Assembly: GCA_963765575.1 (NCBI GenBank)
Contig: CAVXWZ010000002.1
Location: 64,001 to 128,000 of the forward strand
Length of the DNA stretch: 64,000 bases
From: an uncultured cyanobacterium
GTDB taxonomy: Bacteria > Cyanobacteriota > Cyanobacteriia > PCC-6307 > Cyanobiaceae
Direction of reading: 5' to 3'
The position numbers and the translations under genes were made by a program. Below, one piece after another: positions 45,266 to 57,668 of the stretch (position 1 is its first letter; every line of letters begins with the position of its first letter). The notes beneath the pieces were generated by a model. That model saw nothing but the letters and a program-made list of their open reading frames with translations. It ran no database searches and was not told the origin of the DNA.

Positions 45266-46479
45266 AGGGGACTAGCGGGCTGGGAATGGGGCAGGGCGCC
45301 GGCCTGCACCTGATCGAGGATGGCGGCCGCGGCCCGATCCGTGACACCCGGTTGACCGAGCTGGCGGCGCAGCCGGCGGTAGCCCTCAAGCATGGCCCGC
45401 CGCTCCGCACTGCCCTCCTCCAGCAGTGGCAGCGCCTGCTCCACGACGGCAGCGGGGTGGAGGTCCTCCTGGAGCAGTTCCGGCACCAGGCGCTCGCCCA
45501 GCACCAGGTTGACGGGAGAGATGTGGGGCACACTGAAGTGCAACAGATGGCGCGCCACAAAGGCCGTGAGCCAGCTGACGCGATAAACCACCACCTGGGG
45601 CACCCCCCGCAGGGCCAGTTCCAGGTTGACCGTGCCTGACTTGGCCAGGGCCAGGTCGGCGGCGGCACAGAGCAGGGGCTTGAGCCGGTCGCCGTCGGCG
45701 GCGGCAATGACCTGGGCCCGCAGGCCAGAGCGCTGCAGCTGGTGGTTGAGCCGAACCTCGAAACCCGTCAGTCCGGCAGGCACCAGCACCTGCAGACGGG
45801 GCTGACGGCGCTGCAGTTCAACCGCCGCCGCCACGATGTGGGGGAGAAGGTAATGCAGCTCCTGGCGCCGGGATGCGGGCATCAGCAACAGCACCGGGGC
45901 CTGGGGATCGAGACCGAGCTGCTCGCGGGCCTCCTCCCGACTGGGGGGGGTGCCGATGGTGTCGAGCAGGGGGTGGCCCACGTAGGTGACGGTGGCGCCC
46001 CGGCAGCGGTAGTAGCGGGCCTCCTCCTGAAAGATGGCCAGGATCTGGTTGGTGAAGCGGATCAGGTTGGTGCGCCCTTCAGAGCCAAACTTGAAGGCCC
46101 ATTCCTGGGGGGCGATGTAGTAGGTGATGGGGACTTGGGGGAAGCGGCGCTTGGTGCGCAGCCCAAGACTCACATTGGCGCCCATGTAGTCGATGAGCAC
46201 GACGCCATCGGGCGGCTGCTGGCGAAACCAGCGCCGTAGCCGGCGCTGAACCCGCAGCGTGGGCAGCACAAAGGGGATCGCCTCCAGCAGGCCGATCGCC
46301 CCCATGCGCGTGGTGTCCGCCAGCAGCTCGGCACCGGCACGTTGCATGCGTTCGCCGCCCAGGGCCAGCACCCGCAGCTTCAAGCCCCGCCGGCGCGCCT
46401 CCCGATGCAGCGCCTCCACCAGCAACGATCCCTGGAGATCTCCCGACACCTCGCCGGTGCTCACCAGCAGGCGGAGCAT
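45262..46479 (-). CDS. lpxB: Lipid-A-disaccharide synthase
   Basis: [37 protein letters not shown]. Confidence 0.95.
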   Translation of the reverse strand: MLRLLVSTGEVSGDLQGSLLVEALHREARRRGLKLRVLALGGERMQRAGAELLADTTRMGAIGLLEAIPFVLPTLRVQRRLRRWFRQQPPDGVVLIDYMGANVSLGLRTKRRFPQVPITYYIAPQEWAFKFGSEGRTNLIRFTNQILAIFQEEARYYRCRGATVTYVGHPLLDTIGTPPSREEAREQLGLDPQAPVLLLMPASRRQELHYLLPHIVAAAVELQRRQPRLQVLVPAGLTGFEVRLNHQLQRSGLRAQVIAAADGDRLKPLLCAAADLALAKSGTVNLELALRGVPQVVVYRVSWLTAFVARHLLHFSVPHISPVNLVLGERLVPELLQEDLHPAAVVEQALPLLEEGSAERRAMLEGYRRLRRQLGQPGVTDRAAAAILDQVQAGALPHSQPASPL

Positions 46480-47285
46480 CAGCGGCTCCCCGGGATCGGG
46501 CCGCGCCGGCCTGGGGCCAGCGAGGCCTCCAGGAAGCTGAGCAGTTCTTCAGCGGCAGCGGTGAGCGGTTCCCGCCGCAACTGGGCCAGGGCTTCTCCCA
46601 GCACCAGGCCCCGGCGATAGATCACGGTCCAGGCCCGTTTGAGATCCTCCAGTTGGCGGCCACCGTCGAGATCGGCCAGGCCACTGCGCTGCAGGCCGAT
46701 GCGGTTGAGCACCCGCACCCGCGCCGGATTGCCCTCCACGGTGCTGAACGGGGGCACATCGCGCTCGATGCGGCTCATGCCGCCCACCATCGCCAGGGTG
46801 CCGATGTGCACGAACTGGTGGATGCCCAGCATGCCGCCGATCACCGCCCGATCGGCAATGGTCACATGGCCCGCCACGGCCACGCCGTTGGCGATCACGA
46901 TGCGATCGCCGAGCAGACAGTTGTGGCCAAGGTGGCTGTAGGCCATCAGCAGATTGCCGTTGCCCACCCGGGTGTCCTGACGGTCCCGGGTGGCACGGTT
47001 GATCGTGACGCACTCGCGGATGGTGTTGTCATCGCCGAGCACCACGCCGGTGGGATCACCGGTGTACTTGAGGTCCTGGGGTTCCAGACCGATGCAGGCC
47101 CCGGGGAAGATGCGGTTGCCCCGGCCCATGCGCACCCGGCCATCGAGGACCACATGGGCGCCGATGCGGCAATCGGGACCGATCGAGACATCGGCACCGA
47201 TCACCGCGTAGGGCCCAACCTCAACGCCGCTGGCCAGTTCGGCCTGCGGATCGACGATGGCCGTGGGGTGAATGCTGGTGGACAT
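46479..47285 (-). CDS. lpxA: UDP-N-acetylglucosamine O-acyltransferase
   Basis: IHPTAIV hexapeptide repeats, [29 protein letters not shown]. Confidence 0.95.
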   Translation of the reverse strand: MSTSIHPTAIVDPQAELASGVEVGPYAVIGADVSIGPDCRIGAHVVLDGRVRMGRGNRIFPGACIGLEPQDLKYTGDPTGVVLGDDNTIRECVTINRATRDRQDTRVGNGNLLMAYSHLGHNCLLGDRIVIANGVAVAGHVTIADRAVIGGMLGIHQFVHIGTLAMVGGMSRIERDVPPFSTVEGNPARVRVLNRIGLQRSGLADLDGGRQLEDLKRAWTVIYRRGLVLGEALAQLRREPLTAAAEELLSFLEASLAPGRRGPIPGSR

Positions 47286-47290
47286 CGCAA

Positions 47291-47770
47291 TCAGTCCACC
47301 AGCGAGAACATCAACTCACCGGAGCACACCAGCAGGCCGTCCACCGTGGCCTCGGCCTGCACCTTGCCGAAACGTTTGCGCCGCAGGCTGAGCAGCTCGC
47401 AGGTGATCAGCAGCTGGTCGCCCGGCACCACCGGACGCCGGAAGCGCACCCCGTCGATGCCGGCGAAGACGAACAGGCCGCGGGGCAGGTCCGGCATCTG
47501 GGTCACGATCAGACCACCCACCTGGGCCATGGCTTCGACGATCAGCACCCCAGGCATCAGGGGCCGACCGGGGAAATGGCCCTGGAACTGGGGCTCGTTG
47601 ATGGTGACGTTCTTGATCGCCACGGCCCGCTTGCCCGGCTCATGCTCAATCACCCGATCCACCAACGCGAAGGGGTAGCGGTGGGGCAGGAGCCCCTGAA
47701 TCTGCTCCACGGCGAGCAGGGCCTGCCCGGATTCGACGGGGCTGTCGGCGGACGGAGTGGGCTCAGGCAA
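47291..47770 (-). CDS. fabZ: 3-hydroxyacyl-ACP dehydratase
   Basis: [36 protein letters not shown]. Confidence 0.97.
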   Translation of the reverse strand: MPEPTPSADSPVESGQALLAVEQIQGLLPHRYPFALVDRVIEHEPGKRAVAIKNVTINEPQFQGHFPGRPLMPGVLIVEAMAQVGGLIVTQMPDLPRGLFVFAGIDGVRFRRPVVPGDQLLITCELLSLRRKRFGKVQAEATVDGLLVCSGELMFSLVD

Positions 47771-47775
47771 GGTGT

Positions 47776-48633
47776 TCAGACAGGGAGAGGGGCGGGCTCG
47801 GCCACCAGGGCTGCCGCCAGGGCGGTGTGCAGGCGGTGGGAACCGCGGAAGGCAAACACCTGGGCGCGGGGCAATCCAACCAGGGCCAGGTCGCCCAGCA
47901 GGTCGAGAATTTTATGGCGCACCGGTTCATCGGGGTAGCGCAGGGGAGGGTTGAGCCAGCGCAGCCCATCACAGACGAGGGCATTCTCGAGGCTGCCGCC
48001 CCGGATCAGACCGGCGGCACGCAGCTGATCGACCTGGGAGCGCAGTCCGAAGGTGCGGGCCGGGGCGATTTCCGCCACAAAGCTGCTCGGCGTCAGCAGC
48101 AGGGAAAAGACCTGGCGACCGATGGCGGGCTCGGGGAACTCGATGGCGGCACCCAGGTGCAGGCTCTCTGCCGGCAGGGCCGTGACGAACCCCCCGCCGC
48201 CGTGCACGGTGAGGGGCGCCCGCAGCCCAGGCCGGGGAGACGGGGAGGGCAGCGGCTGTAGCCCCACGCTGGCGATCGCCTCCACCCAGGGCAGGGCGGA
48301 GCCATCGAGCAGGGGCACCTCCGGGCCGTCCACGCGGATCTCCACCCGGCTCACCCCGGTGCCGGCCAGGGCCGCGAGCAGGTGCTCCACCGTGGCCAAC
48401 CGGCGATCGCCGATGCGCAGCGCCGTGCACAGGGTGGTCTCGCAGACCTGATCCGGGCCGAGGGGCGTGGCCAGGGAGCCGGGCTGATCAAGTCCGCCCA
48501 GGCGGTAGCCCGGCAGGGAGCTGGGCAGCAGTCGCAGGCGGCAGGGGGCGCCGCTGTGCAGACCGACACCCCTGAGCTCCACCTCATCGGCGATGGTGTG
48601 GTCGCCGGCATAGTCGGCGGGCCAGACGGTCAC
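47776..48633 (-). CDS. lpxC: UDP-3-O-acyl-N-acetylglucosamine deacetylase
   Basis: [42 protein letters not shown]. Confidence 0.97.
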   Translation of the reverse strand: MTVWPADYAGDHTIADEVELRGVGLHSGAPCRLRLLPSSLPGYRLGGLDQPGSLATPLGPDQVCETTLCTALRIGDRRLATVEHLLAALAGTGVSRVEIRVDGPEVPLLDGSALPWVEAIASVGLQPLPSPSPRPGLRAPLTVHGGGGFVTALPAESLHLGAAIEFPEPAIGRQVFSLLLTPSSFVAEIAPARTFGLRSQVDQLRAAGLIRGGSLENALVCDGLRWLNPPLRYPDEPVRHKILDLLGDLALVGLPRAQVFAFRGSHRLHTALAAALVAEPAPLPV

Positions 48634-50859
48634 TAGAACTTCCAGCCCACGCCCAGATTGAAGCGCCATTGGTCGCTGAAGTCTTCGCTGGCCACCTCCA
48701 GACGCAGGGGACCCACCGGGGTGGTGACGATCAGGCCGACCCCGGGTGAGTAGCCCTCGCCCGACTTGCCGAGCAGCCCGCCGGGGTTGCCGGGGATATC
48801 GGACTGGGTGCCGAAGGTGGTGCCGGCATCGAAGAACACGGAGCCACTGACGATGCTGAACAGGGGGAAGCGGTATTCCACCGTGAACTCCGCGAAACTC
48901 TTGCCGACGCCGAGATCGCAGTCGAAATAGCCGCGCACCGAGTTGCCGCCGCCGAGACAGAAGGCCTCATAGGGGGGAATGTCGTCGCCGACCAGGGTGC
49001 CAGCGGAAAACTGGAATGCCAGGGCCTGAGCGCAGTTCTCGGGCTCCCCGGGTTCGGGCCGGCAGCCCTTGAAGATCTTCAGCCAGTTGACGGGAATGAA
49101 GTGGCTGATGCTGCCGCGGACACGATTGAACGTGGGAGAATCATCACCCACGGAAATAAATTGCTCCGTACTGAGGCTGAGGAAATTGCCGCTGGTGGGA
49201 TTGCGCGGATCATTCAGTGAGTTGTAGGTGGCGCCAACGCGGAAACTCAGCAACTGGTTTTCGGAGGCGCAGTTGAAGGCGATACAGATCACCTGGGAGC
49301 GGGACACCACATCAGGCGACTTGGTGGCGCCCACAACGGCCCTGGAGTTCTTGTCGCCGGCGAAATTCATCGGCGTGACTTCCTGCCCCCCGAAGGCCAG
49401 CACCAATCGCCAGGGCGAATCGCGGAAGGGGTCGCCGCCATTGAGCGGGCGCACGAACTGAACGCTGGCGCCGGCCCGCTGGAGGGCGACAGCTGTCAAA
49501 GCTGGTGCGCACCAACTGATCGCCACCGCCAATGTTGCGGGGTTCATTGGTGACGACCTCGAAATCAGCGCCGCGAATGCGCTGGGAGCCGTTCCGGAAG
49601 ACACTTTCGCGGCTCTGGAACACCTGGGGAACCTCGCGGCTGAAGAACGCCCTCGCTCGGAACGAGGTGCGATGGCGGTCACCCTTGATCCAGGGATCGA
49701 AGAAGGTGACGTCGCCAAGGCCGCCGAACTGGCCGTAGGACAAATTCGTGCCCAGGTCCCAGGCGCGGCCCATCAGGTTGGTTTCCTGCAGGGAGATCTG
49801 GCCGAAGACGCCCTGGCTCTGGCTGAAGCCCACACCACCGGAGAGTGAGCCGGTGGACTGCTCGACGATCCCGAGCACCACCACCACGTTCCCCGGCTCG
49901 CCGGGCACCGGTCGCAGCGTCACCCGCACATCACTGAACAAGCCGGTGCCATAGAGGCGGCGGATGTCCTCCTCAAGCTGACGGCGGTTGAACACCGAGC
50001 CGGGCTCGAGGGACACCTCGCGGGTGATCACCCAGGGCTTGGACTTGCCGCGGATCGGCTCGCCCTGCTCATTGGTGGGCTCACCTTCACTGTTGATGAA
50101 CTGCACCTCGACGCCATCGACGGTGCCTTCCCGCACCAGCAGCTCCACCTGGCCATCAGGGCTGACCCGGGAGGGGCCGGTGACGCGGGCCAGGGAGAAG
50201 CCCTCGTCGGTGTACCAGCTCTGCAGGGACCGCATGCGGGTCTGCAGGGTGTTGAGGTTGAGGGTCCTGCCGAAATCGGAGGCGAAGGTTTCGGCGATCA
50301 CCTCCTCGGGGAGCTTGATTTCGCCCGCGGGCTCGGCGGTGACGCGGCTGAGCACGGGGTTGGGGATCACCGTGACCACCAGGCTCACCCCCAGCGGACC
50401 ATCGATCGGCTGGATCCGCACATCGGCAAACCAGCCGGTGGCAAAGATGGCGGCCACATCGGTCTCGAGTTCGGGCCGGGTGACGCGGCTGCCGGGGATC
50501 GTGGCCATGGCCTCATAGGCCGCGATCTCCAGCCGCTCAGCCTCGGGATGGCCTTCGAGGCCCTCCACCACCACCTCGGCAATCAGCACCCGAGGCTCGG
50601 CGGGGGCATCCGGGGCGATCCCAGCGGCAGGCGGCTCACCGCCGTCAGCCGGAGCGGCCCCGGGGGGAAGCTGACCGCCCGGTTCGAAAAAGGGTTCGTC
50701 GACCTGCTGGGAAGCCGGGGGATCAAAAGCCGGTGGGCTGGAGCCAGGATCCTGCTGGGCCAGCGCTGGACCGGCGGTAAGGCAACCCAGGCCCAGGAGG
50801 GACAGGGCGACCTTGGAAGCCAACTTGCCGGCCATGGGGGAGGGGGATCTGGGCGGCAT
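48633..50859 (-). CDS. bamA: Omp85/BamA outer-membrane assembly protein, frameshifted near 49490
   Basis: Signal + Pro-rich + POTRA domains and barrel start in one frame; barrel C-half (LGGGNSVRGY, EYRFP, TPVGPLRL, GVGWKF) in another. Confidence 0.92.
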
Positions 50860-50878
50860 TGCCGCAAATGCCGGCACG

Positions 50879-51637
50879 TTACCGGTACACCTGTGGTTCA
50901 GGACAGGCCCGCTGGAGCCGTTTGAGAACCTGCCCATAGGCTTCCACAACACCGCCGAGATCCTGGCGGAAGCGGTCTTTGTCGAGAATGCGGTCCTGGC
51001 TGTCGGCCACGGCCCGGTCCCACAGACGGCAGGTATCCGGGCTGATTTCATCGGCCAGCACCAGCTCACCATCGCTGGTGAAGCCCAGTTCGATCTTGAA
51101 ATCCACCAGCTGGAGACCCACCGAATCCAACAGGGGCCTGAGTTCATCATTCACCCGCCGGGCCAGGGTCTCGATCTGGGCGCGCTGGTCGGGCGTGACC
51201 AGATCCAGCCGTTCCAGGCGCGCCTCGGTGAGCAGGGGATCGCCATAGGCGTCGTCCTTGTAGTAGAGGTCGCAGAGGGGGGGCTCCAGCGGGGTGCCGG
51301 GCTGGATCGGCAGTTGGCGGCAGAGCGAGCCGGCCGCCAGGTTGCGGATCACCACCTCCAGCGGAATCACCCGCACCGGCCGCACCAGCATCCAGTTGGC
51401 GGCCTCACCCACCCCGAGGTAGTGGGTGACCATGCCCCGGCTGGCCAGAAACTCGAACAACAGCGCCGAAATCTGGCAGTTGAGGGTGCCCTTGCCGGCA
51501 AGACTGGCCTTCTTGAGGGCATTGAAGGCCGTGGCATCGTCCTTGTATTCGACCGCCACCAGGTCGCTGCGGTCGGTGGCATGCACCCGCTTGGCCTTGC
51601 CCTCATAGAGCAGGGGGCCGAGCTGAAAGGCGGTCAT
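50879..51637 (-). CDS. purC: SAICAR synthase
   Basis: [52 protein letters not shown]. Confidence 0.97.
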   Translation of the reverse strand: MTAFQLGPLLYEGKAKRVHATDRSDLVAVEYKDDATAFNALKKASLAGKGTLNCQISALLFEFLASRGMVTHYLGVGEAANWMLVRPVRVIPLEVVIRNLAAGSLCRQLPIQPGTPLEPPLCDLYYKDDAYGDPLLTEARLERLDLVTPDQRAQIETLARRVNDELRPLLDSVGLQLVDFKIELGFTSDGELVLADEISPDTCRLWDRAVADSQDRILDKDRFRQDLGGVVEAYGQVLKRLQRACPEPQVYR

Positions 51638-52644
51638 GGCTGTGGGATCGAAGAGCGGGCGGGGGCAGGAGCCGGCAGCGGCATGGCGTGGCCTCCGCTG
51701 TCGCGGGGCGAGCGCAGCAACTGCTCCAGCTCCAGGTTGCGGCTGTCGTGCTCAGGCCCACCCAGCCGGCGGCGCTGCAGCCATTCACCGTAGGCGTCGT
51801 CAAGGCGCTGGCCCAGCCGCAGGCGACGCTCGAGGGCCTGACGGGAGGCCTCATCGCTGACCCCGGCCGCCAGCTGTTGGTCCAGCAACGCCGCCACCAG
51901 CCCCCAGGCACCGGCGGCAGCGGCCTGCTCGAGCGCCGTCTCCAGAATCTGATCCCGCTGCCGCAGGGGCAGGGTGTCGCCGAGGGCCACCGCCCGGCCC
52001 CAGCGGGCCGCGGTGGCGGCTCCTGGGCTGCTGCTCGCCAGCAGCGTCTGCGCGGCCCGGCGCCGTTGGCCCAGGCTCTCGAGATGGTCGGCGAGCAGAT
52101 CGAGGGCGGAGCGGGTGTCGGGGTCAGCCCCCTGCCGGTCCGGCGGACCCACGGGCAGGGGCAGATCCTCGAGTCTCTGCAGATCGCCTGCGGCCAGCAG
52201 CGTGAGGGCCTGCACGGCGAGGTCGTGGCGCAGGCCGGCCTGGGCTGCCCGCCACTGCATCACCAGCCAGCGGCGGCGGCCAGCACCGGGGGCCGGCGCG
52301 ACGCGGGCCAGGACGTCCAGGGCTGCCTGGGGGGCCGCACAGGCAAGCAGCTGATCGGCCCTCAGCAGCACCTCGTCGAGGGAGGGGGCGGGCTCCAGCG
52401 CGGCGATCAGGGCCCGCTGCTGCTCCCGCAGGCCAGGGCGATCGCCGCGGCGGCGCAGCAGCAGGCAGTCGGTCGCTGACGCGTCCGCGGCCGCTGGTGT
52501 GGCTGCAGCGACAGTGGCTGGAGGGGCAGTGGCGGCTGGGGCGGGGCCGAACAGCAGCGGTGACAGCAGCAGGGCCAGTCGCCAGCGCAGCCTTCTGCGG
52601 CGAACGCCACCCCCAGCGGCCGGTTCGGAGAGAAGATGGGACAC
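51634..52644 (-). CDS. Hypothetical exported helical (TPR-like) protein
   Basis: Signal-like N-terminus, Ala/Leu-rich helices, ends LRSPR..GGH; stop overlaps the purC start (ATGA). Confidence 0.65.
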   Translation of the reverse strand: MSHLLSEPAAGGGVRRRRLRWRLALLLSPLLFGPAPAATAPPATVAAATPAAADASATDCLLLRRRGDRPGLREQQRALIAALEPAPSLDEVLLRADQLLACAAPQAALDVLARVAPAPGAGRRRWLVMQWRAAQAGLRHDLAVQALTLLAAGDLQRLEDLPLPVGPPDRQGADPDTRSALDLLADHLESLGQRRRAAQTLLASSSPGAATAARWGRAVALGDTLPLRQRDQILETALEQAAAAGAWGLVAALLDQQLAAGVSDEASRQALERRLRLGQRLDDAYGEWLQRRRLGGPEHDSRNLELEQLLRSPRDSGGHAMPLPAPAPARSSIPQP

Positions 52645-52730
52645 GGCGAGCCGTCCGACGGAGGTCTTCTGCTCCGCTCAAGCTAGGAGAGCCTCTCCCC
52701 CCCACCCGTCTTCCCCCCCGCGTCCCCCGC

Positions 52731-54029
52731 ATGGCTCCAGAGGCATCACCCCATCCCGCCCGGATCCTGGTGGTGGGCAGTGGCGGCCGGGAAAACGCCC
52801 TGGCCTGGGCGCTGCAGCGCAGCCACGGCGTGCAGGGGGTATGGATCGCTCCCGGCAACGGCGGCAGTGCCGACCTGGCCGGCTGCCAGCAACTGGCCGT
52901 CGCCGAAAGCGATGCTGAGGGCCTGACGGCGGCCTGCCGGCAACACGGGATCGAGCTGGTGGTGGTAGGCCCGGAAGCCCCCCTGGCCGCCGGCCTCGCC
53001 GATCAGCTGCGGGCCGCCGGCCTGGACGTGTTCGGCCCCGGCGCCGACGGAGCCCGGCTGGAAGCCAGCAAGCACTGGGCCAAGTCGCTGATGCGGGAAG
53101 CCGGGGTGCCCAGCGCCGGCCACTGGTGGGCCGGCCAAGAGCAGGATGCCCTGCAGGTGCTGGAGAGCCAGGGCAGGCCGCTGGTGGTCAAGGCCGATGG
53201 CCTGGCGTCCGGCAAGGGCGTGACCGTGGCCGAAACCATGGACGAGGCCCGCACCGCCATCGCCGAGATCTTCGCCGGCCGCTTCGGCAGCGAGGCCTCG
53301 CTGGTACTCGAGCAGCGCATCGAGGGCCCCGAGGTGTCGGTGTTCGCCCTCACCGACGGCCGCGATCTGGTGCTGCTGCCGCCAGCCCAGGACCACAAGC
53401 GCATCGGCGAGGGGGACACGGGCCCGAACACCGGCGGCATGGGGGCCTACGCCCCGGCCCCATTGCTGGATGGGGAAGCGCTCGAGCAGGTGCGGCGGGG
53501 GGTGCTGGAGCCCACCCTGGCGGCCCTGCGCCGCCGTGGCATCGACTACCGCGGCGTGATCTACGCCGGCCTGATGCTCACGGCCGAGGGGCCCAGCGTG
53601 ATCGAATTCAACTGCCGCTTCGGCGACCCGGAGTGCGAAACACTGATGCCCCTGCTGGGTCCCGAGCTGGCCACCGTGCTGCTGGCCTGCGCCCGGGGGC
53701 AGCTGGCCGCGGCCCCGCCGCTGTCGATTGCGCCCCTCTGCAGCGCCTGCGTGATCGCCGCCGCCGAGGGCTACCCAGGGGCCGTGCGCCAGGGCGATGC
53801 CATCCACAGCACCCTGCAACCGAGCGACCATCTGCAGCTGTTCCATGCCGGCAGCCGCCGCGACAGCGAGGGCGTGTGCCGCACCGGGGGCGGGCGGGTG
53901 CTGGCGCTGGTGGCCCAGGCCGGTGACTTCGACGGGGCGTTCGAGCGCGCCTATGCCGGGCTCGCCCAGGTGCACTTCGAGGGCATGGCCTTCCGGCGCG
54001 ACATCGGCCACCAGGTGCGGCGTCGATGA
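52731..54029 (+). CDS. purD: Phosphoribosylamine--glycine ligase
   Basis: ILVVGSGGRE, APGNGG, VGPEAPL, VKADGLASGKG, QDHKR, GPNTGGMGAY, EFNCRFGDPE. Confidence 0.97.
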   Translation: MAPEASPHPARILVVGSGGRENALAWALQRSHGVQGVWIAPGNGGSADLAGCQQLAVAESDAEGLTAACRQHGIELVVVGPEAPLAAGLADQLRAAGLDVFGPGADGARLEASKHWAKSLMREAGVPSAGHWWAGQEQDALQVLESQGRPLVVKADGLASGKGVTVAETMDEARTAIAEIFAGRFGSEASLVLEQRIEGPEVSVFALTDGRDLVLLPPAQDHKRIGEGDTGPNTGGMGAYAPAPLLDGEALEQVRRGVLEPTLAALRRRGIDYRGVIYAGLMLTAEGPSVIEFNCRFGDPECETLMPLLGPELATVLLACARGQLAAAPPLSIAPLCSACVIAAAEGYPGAVRQGDAIHSTLQPSDHLQLFHAGSRRDSEGVCRTGGGRVLALVAQAGDFDGAFERAYAGLAQVHFEGMAFRRDIGHQVRRR

Positions 54030-56044
54030 GCGCTGCTGCCCCCCCCACCCAGCGCAGCTGGCGCCAGGCCCTGGAGCACTGGTGGGCGGAGTTCAGCCTC
54101 CAGACCAAGCTGCTGGCCGTGGCCACCCTGGTGGTGAGCCTGCTGATGACGGGCATCACCTTCCTGGCCCTCAACGGCATTCAGCGCGACGCGCGCATGA
54201 GCGACACCCGCTATGCGCGCGATCTCGGCCTGCTGCTCTCAGCCAACGTCACGCCCCTTGTGGCCGACGGCAACGACCGCGAACTGGCGTCGGTGGCCGA
54301 TCGCTTCTGGCGCTCCAGCCGCAGCCTGCGCTACATCTTTTTCGCCGATCCCGAAGGGATCATCTACCTCGGAATTCCGATCGGCTCCAACAACGGCACC
54401 AGCGAACTGTTGCTGAGCCGGCGGCTGGAGTTGCCCGCCGACATCCAGAAGCGTCCGGACAACCCCCTGGTGCGTCAGCACCTCACCCCGGACGGTCAGG
54501 TCACCGACGTGTTCGTGCCGATGGTGAGCGACGGCACCTACCTGGGCGTGCTGGCCCTCGGCATCAACCCGAATGAAACTCTGCTGGCCAGCGCCGCCCT
54601 CACCCGCGAGGTGACCGTGGCGGTGTTCATCTCGATCTGGGTGCTGGTGATCCTCGGTTCGGTGTTCAACGCCCTGACAATCACCCAGCCGGTCAAGGAG
54701 CTGCTGCGGGGGGTGCGCCAGATCGCCGGCGGCAACTTCGCAACCCGCATCGCCCTGCCCGTGGGAGGCGAACTGGGGGAGCTGCTGCAGGGGTTCAACA
54801 CCATGGCCACCCAGCTGGAGGAATACAAGGCCGCCAACATCGAGGAGTTGCGGGCAGCCCAGGTCAAACAGGAATCACTGATCGCCACCATGGCCGACGG
54901 GGCGGTGCTGCTGGATGCCGAAGGGGCGATCGTGCTGGCCAACCCCACGGCCCGCCGCCTGTTCCGCTGGGAGGGGCGCAACCTCGAAGGCAATGCCCTG
55001 ATCCGGGAATTGCCCGACCGGCTGGCCATCGACCTGCAGGAGGCCCTCGACACCGTCACGGGCGGCGGGCTGGACAGCACCGATGTGCGCTGCAGCCTGG
55101 GGGAACCGGCCCGCACGCTGCGCATCGTGCTGCAGTCGGTGCGGGATGCGAGCGGGGAGACCCTGAAGGGCATCGCCATGACGGTGCAGGACCTCACCCG
55201 GGAAGTGGAGCTGAATGCGGCCCAGAGCCGGTTCATCAGCAATGTGTCCCATGAACTGCGCACCCCGCTGTTCAACATCAAGAGCTACGTGGAAACCCTC
55301 TACGACCTGGGCGACCAGTTGAGTGAGGAGGAGACGCGCGAGTTTCTGGGCATCGCCAACGCCGAAACCGACCGCCTGACGCGGCTGGTGAACGACGTGC
55401 TGGATCTCTCGCGGCTGGAATCGGAGCGCCAGTGGAGTTTTGACCCCCTGGAGGTGGACACGGCCATCGAGCAGACCTTGCGCACCTACCGCCTCAATGC
55501 GGAAGAGAAGGGTGTGAGCCTGCACTTCGTTCCCGACCCCCAGCTGCCGCGGGTGCTGGGCAACTGGGATCTGCTGCTGCAGGTGCTCGACAATCTGGTG
55601 GGCAATGCCCTGAAATTCACGTCCCCGGGCGGACGCCTGACGCTGCACGCCTATCCCTGGCCAGATCTCTGCGCGCTGCCGAGCGAAGCCCAGCCGGAGC
55701 ACTCCGGGCCGAGCTGTGAGTTCCAGTCCCCCATGCCCCGGCTACGGGTGGAGATCGCCGACACGGGCAGCGGCATCGCCCCCCCGGATCAGGAGCGCAT
55801 CTTCGATCGCTTCTTCCGGGTGGAGAACGCAGTGCACACCGAGGCCGGCACCGGGCTGGGACTCTCGATCGTGCGCGGCATCCTCGACAAGCACGGCGCC
55901 CGCATCGCCATGGCCAGCGAGCTGGGGGTGGGCACCACCTTCTGGTTTGACCTGCCGCTCGAGGAGTCGGACAACGAGGAACTGCAACTGCTCGCCGACC
56001 GCCGGCAGTTGGCCAGCGGCGGCCTGGTCACGGGTCTGGGCTGA
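54026..56044 (+). CDS. nblS: Membrane HAMP-PAS histidine kinase NblS/Hik33
   Basis: FSLQTKLLA, DTRYARDLGLLL, HAMP, PAS, SNVSHELRTPLFNIKS, N/G boxes. Confidence 0.93.
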   Translation: MSAAAPPTQRSWRQALEHWWAEFSLQTKLLAVATLVVSLLMTGITFLALNGIQRDARMSDTRYARDLGLLLSANVTPLVADGNDRELASVADRFWRSSRSLRYIFFADPEGIIYLGIPIGSNNGTSELLLSRRLELPADIQKRPDNPLVRQHLTPDGQVTDVFVPMVSDGTYLGVLALGINPNETLLASAALTREVTVAVFISIWVLVILGSVFNALTITQPVKELLRGVRQIAGGNFATRIALPVGGELGELLQGFNTMATQLEEYKAANIEELRAAQVKQESLIATMADGAVLLDAEGAIVLANPTARRLFRWEGRNLEGNALIRELPDRLAIDLQEALDTVTGGGLDSTDVRCSLGEPARTLRIVLQSVRDASGETLKGIAMTVQDLTREVELNAAQSRFISNVSHELRTPLFNIKSYVETLYDLGDQLSEEETREFLGIANAETDRLTRLVNDVLDLSRLESERQWSFDPLEVDTAIEQTLRTYRLNAEEKGVSLHFVPDPQLPRVLGNWDLLLQVLDNLVGNALKFTSPGGRLTLHAYPWPDLCALPSEAQPEHSGPSCEFQSPMPRLRVEIADTGSGIAPPDQERIFDRFFRVENAVHTEAGTGLGLSIVRGILDKHGARIAMASELGVGTTFWFDLPLEESDNEELQLLADRRQLASGGLVTGLG

Positions 56045-56048
56045 TCCT

Positions 56049-57599
56049 TCAAGGGGTGCCGGTGTCGCCTGCCACGCTCTGCACAATCCGCGCCAGTTCG
56101 CTGCGTTCGTCGGCGGCGATGCGGTGCGGCACCCCCGAAATGATGCGCTCGAAGTTGGAGAACGAATCCTTGATCTCGGGGCCTTGCCCGGTGATCACAA
56201 ATTCACGAATGCCCTTGTCGTGCCAGGAGCCACGCATCTTGAACACATTCAAGGCCCTGGCCATCTCGCCACGAATCTCCACGTATTGCAACAGGAGAAT
56301 GGTGTCAGTGATGGTCGAAATATGGGAGTCAGTAATCGAGTGACTACCCATAAACTCTTCCGATGTATTGGTGAAGAATCCTGCAATTTCCTCCTGCTTG
56401 GCATAGCCAGTGATGCCAATCACGAATTGCCGAAAGGCATTATGGCTGACGCCGCGGGAGAGGGCGCTGAGCGAATCAATCGCTATCCGGGAGGGTTTGT
56501 AGTCGCGGATTTCGGTCTTGATGATCTGCAGATGGTCTTCCAGGCCGGTTGATTCTGGATAGGCACAGATGATTTTCAGCAATCCATCCTGCTCCATTTG
56601 CTCGAAATCAATGCCCCAGCTGGTGGCATTGCGCAGCAGCTGTGCGCGCGACTCCTCATAGGCAAAGAGAATCGCTCGCTCCTGATGGCGATAGGCATTT
56701 TCCACGAACTTCGACACCAGCAAGGTCTTGCCGGTGCCGGTGGCACCGGTGGCCAGGATGATCGAATCCTTGAAGAATCCCCCCCCGCACATGGCGTCCA
56801 GCTTCGGCACCCCTGAGCTGATGCGCACGTTCGAGCTGCGCTGGGTGAGCCGCATCGCGCCCAGGGGGAACACACTCATGCCATGGCTACCGAGGGTGAA
56901 CGGGAACTCACCTTTCATGTGGGTCGTGCCCCGCAGTTTCAGGATTTCCACCGTGCGGCGGCGGCGCTCACCCTCCAGCACGTTACGAAGGATGACCACG
57001 TTGTCCGAGACAAATTCCTCGACCCCATAGCGGGCCACGGGGCCATACTCTTCCACCCGTTCGGTGGTCATCACGGTGGTGACGCCGATGTCCTTCAGCC
57101 TGGCTATCAAGCGGAAAATTTCTCGCCGCACCACCGAAATCGCATCGTATTGCTGGAAGACCGCAGTCATCGAATCAATCGCAACTCGACGAGCCTTATA
57201 CTTGCGGATGGCATAGTTGATGCGCTCGATCAACCCAGAAAGATCAAAGCTGCCCGCCACATCCTGACCTTCAGGATCGGGAGATGCATCAAGAATGAAG
57301 AGCTTGCCCTGCTCAACCATCTCCTGAATATCCCAGCCAAAACTGGCCGCATTTCGAATGATGTCAGTCGGCGACTCTTCAAATGTCACGAAGATGCCGG
57401 GCTCATTGTAATGAATGATGCCGTTGTAGAGATAGTTCAGCGACAGGATCGTCTTGCCCGTTCCCGAGGTGCCCGACACCAAGGTGGCGCGGCCAGTGGG
57501 CAGGCCGCCGTGGCAGACATCATCAAAGCCCTCAATGCCCGTGGGCAACTTCTGCACCAGCGTCAGGGGTGCTGCAGGGGAAGCGGGATCCGACATCAC
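56049..57599 (-). CDS. kaiC: Circadian clock kinase KaiC
   Basis: Two P-loops (GTSGTGKT, GATGTGKT), phosphosite HISTITDT, KMRGSWH, FERIISG. Confidence 0.98.
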   Translation of the reverse strand: MMSDPASPAAPLTLVQKLPTGIEGFDDVCHGGLPTGRATLVSGTSGTGKTILSLNYLYNGIIHYNEPGIFVTFEESPTDIIRNAASFGWDIQEMVEQGKLFILDASPDPEGQDVAGSFDLSGLIERINYAIRKYKARRVAIDSMTAVFQQYDAISVVRREIFRLIARLKDIGVTTVMTTERVEEYGPVARYGVEEFVSDNVVILRNVLEGERRRRTVEILKLRGTTHMKGEFPFTLGSHGMSVFPLGAMRLTQRSSNVRISSGVPKLDAMCGGGFFKDSIILATGATGTGKTLLVSKFVENAYRHQERAILFAYEESRAQLLRNATSWGIDFEQMEQDGLLKIICAYPESTGLEDHLQIIKTEIRDYKPSRIAIDSLSALSRGVSHNAFRQFVIGITGYAKQEEIAGFFTNTSEEFMGSHSITDSHISTITDTILLLQYVEIRGEMARALNVFKMRGSWHDKGIREFVITGQGPEIKDSFSNFERIISGVPHRIAADERSELARIVQSVAGDTGTP

Positions 57600-57668
57600 A
57601 GGGAGTTGGTTGGGGCGGGCGGGGGTCGGCGGAGCCGAGGGGAGGGAAGCGTGACCCGAAGCAGGGCT

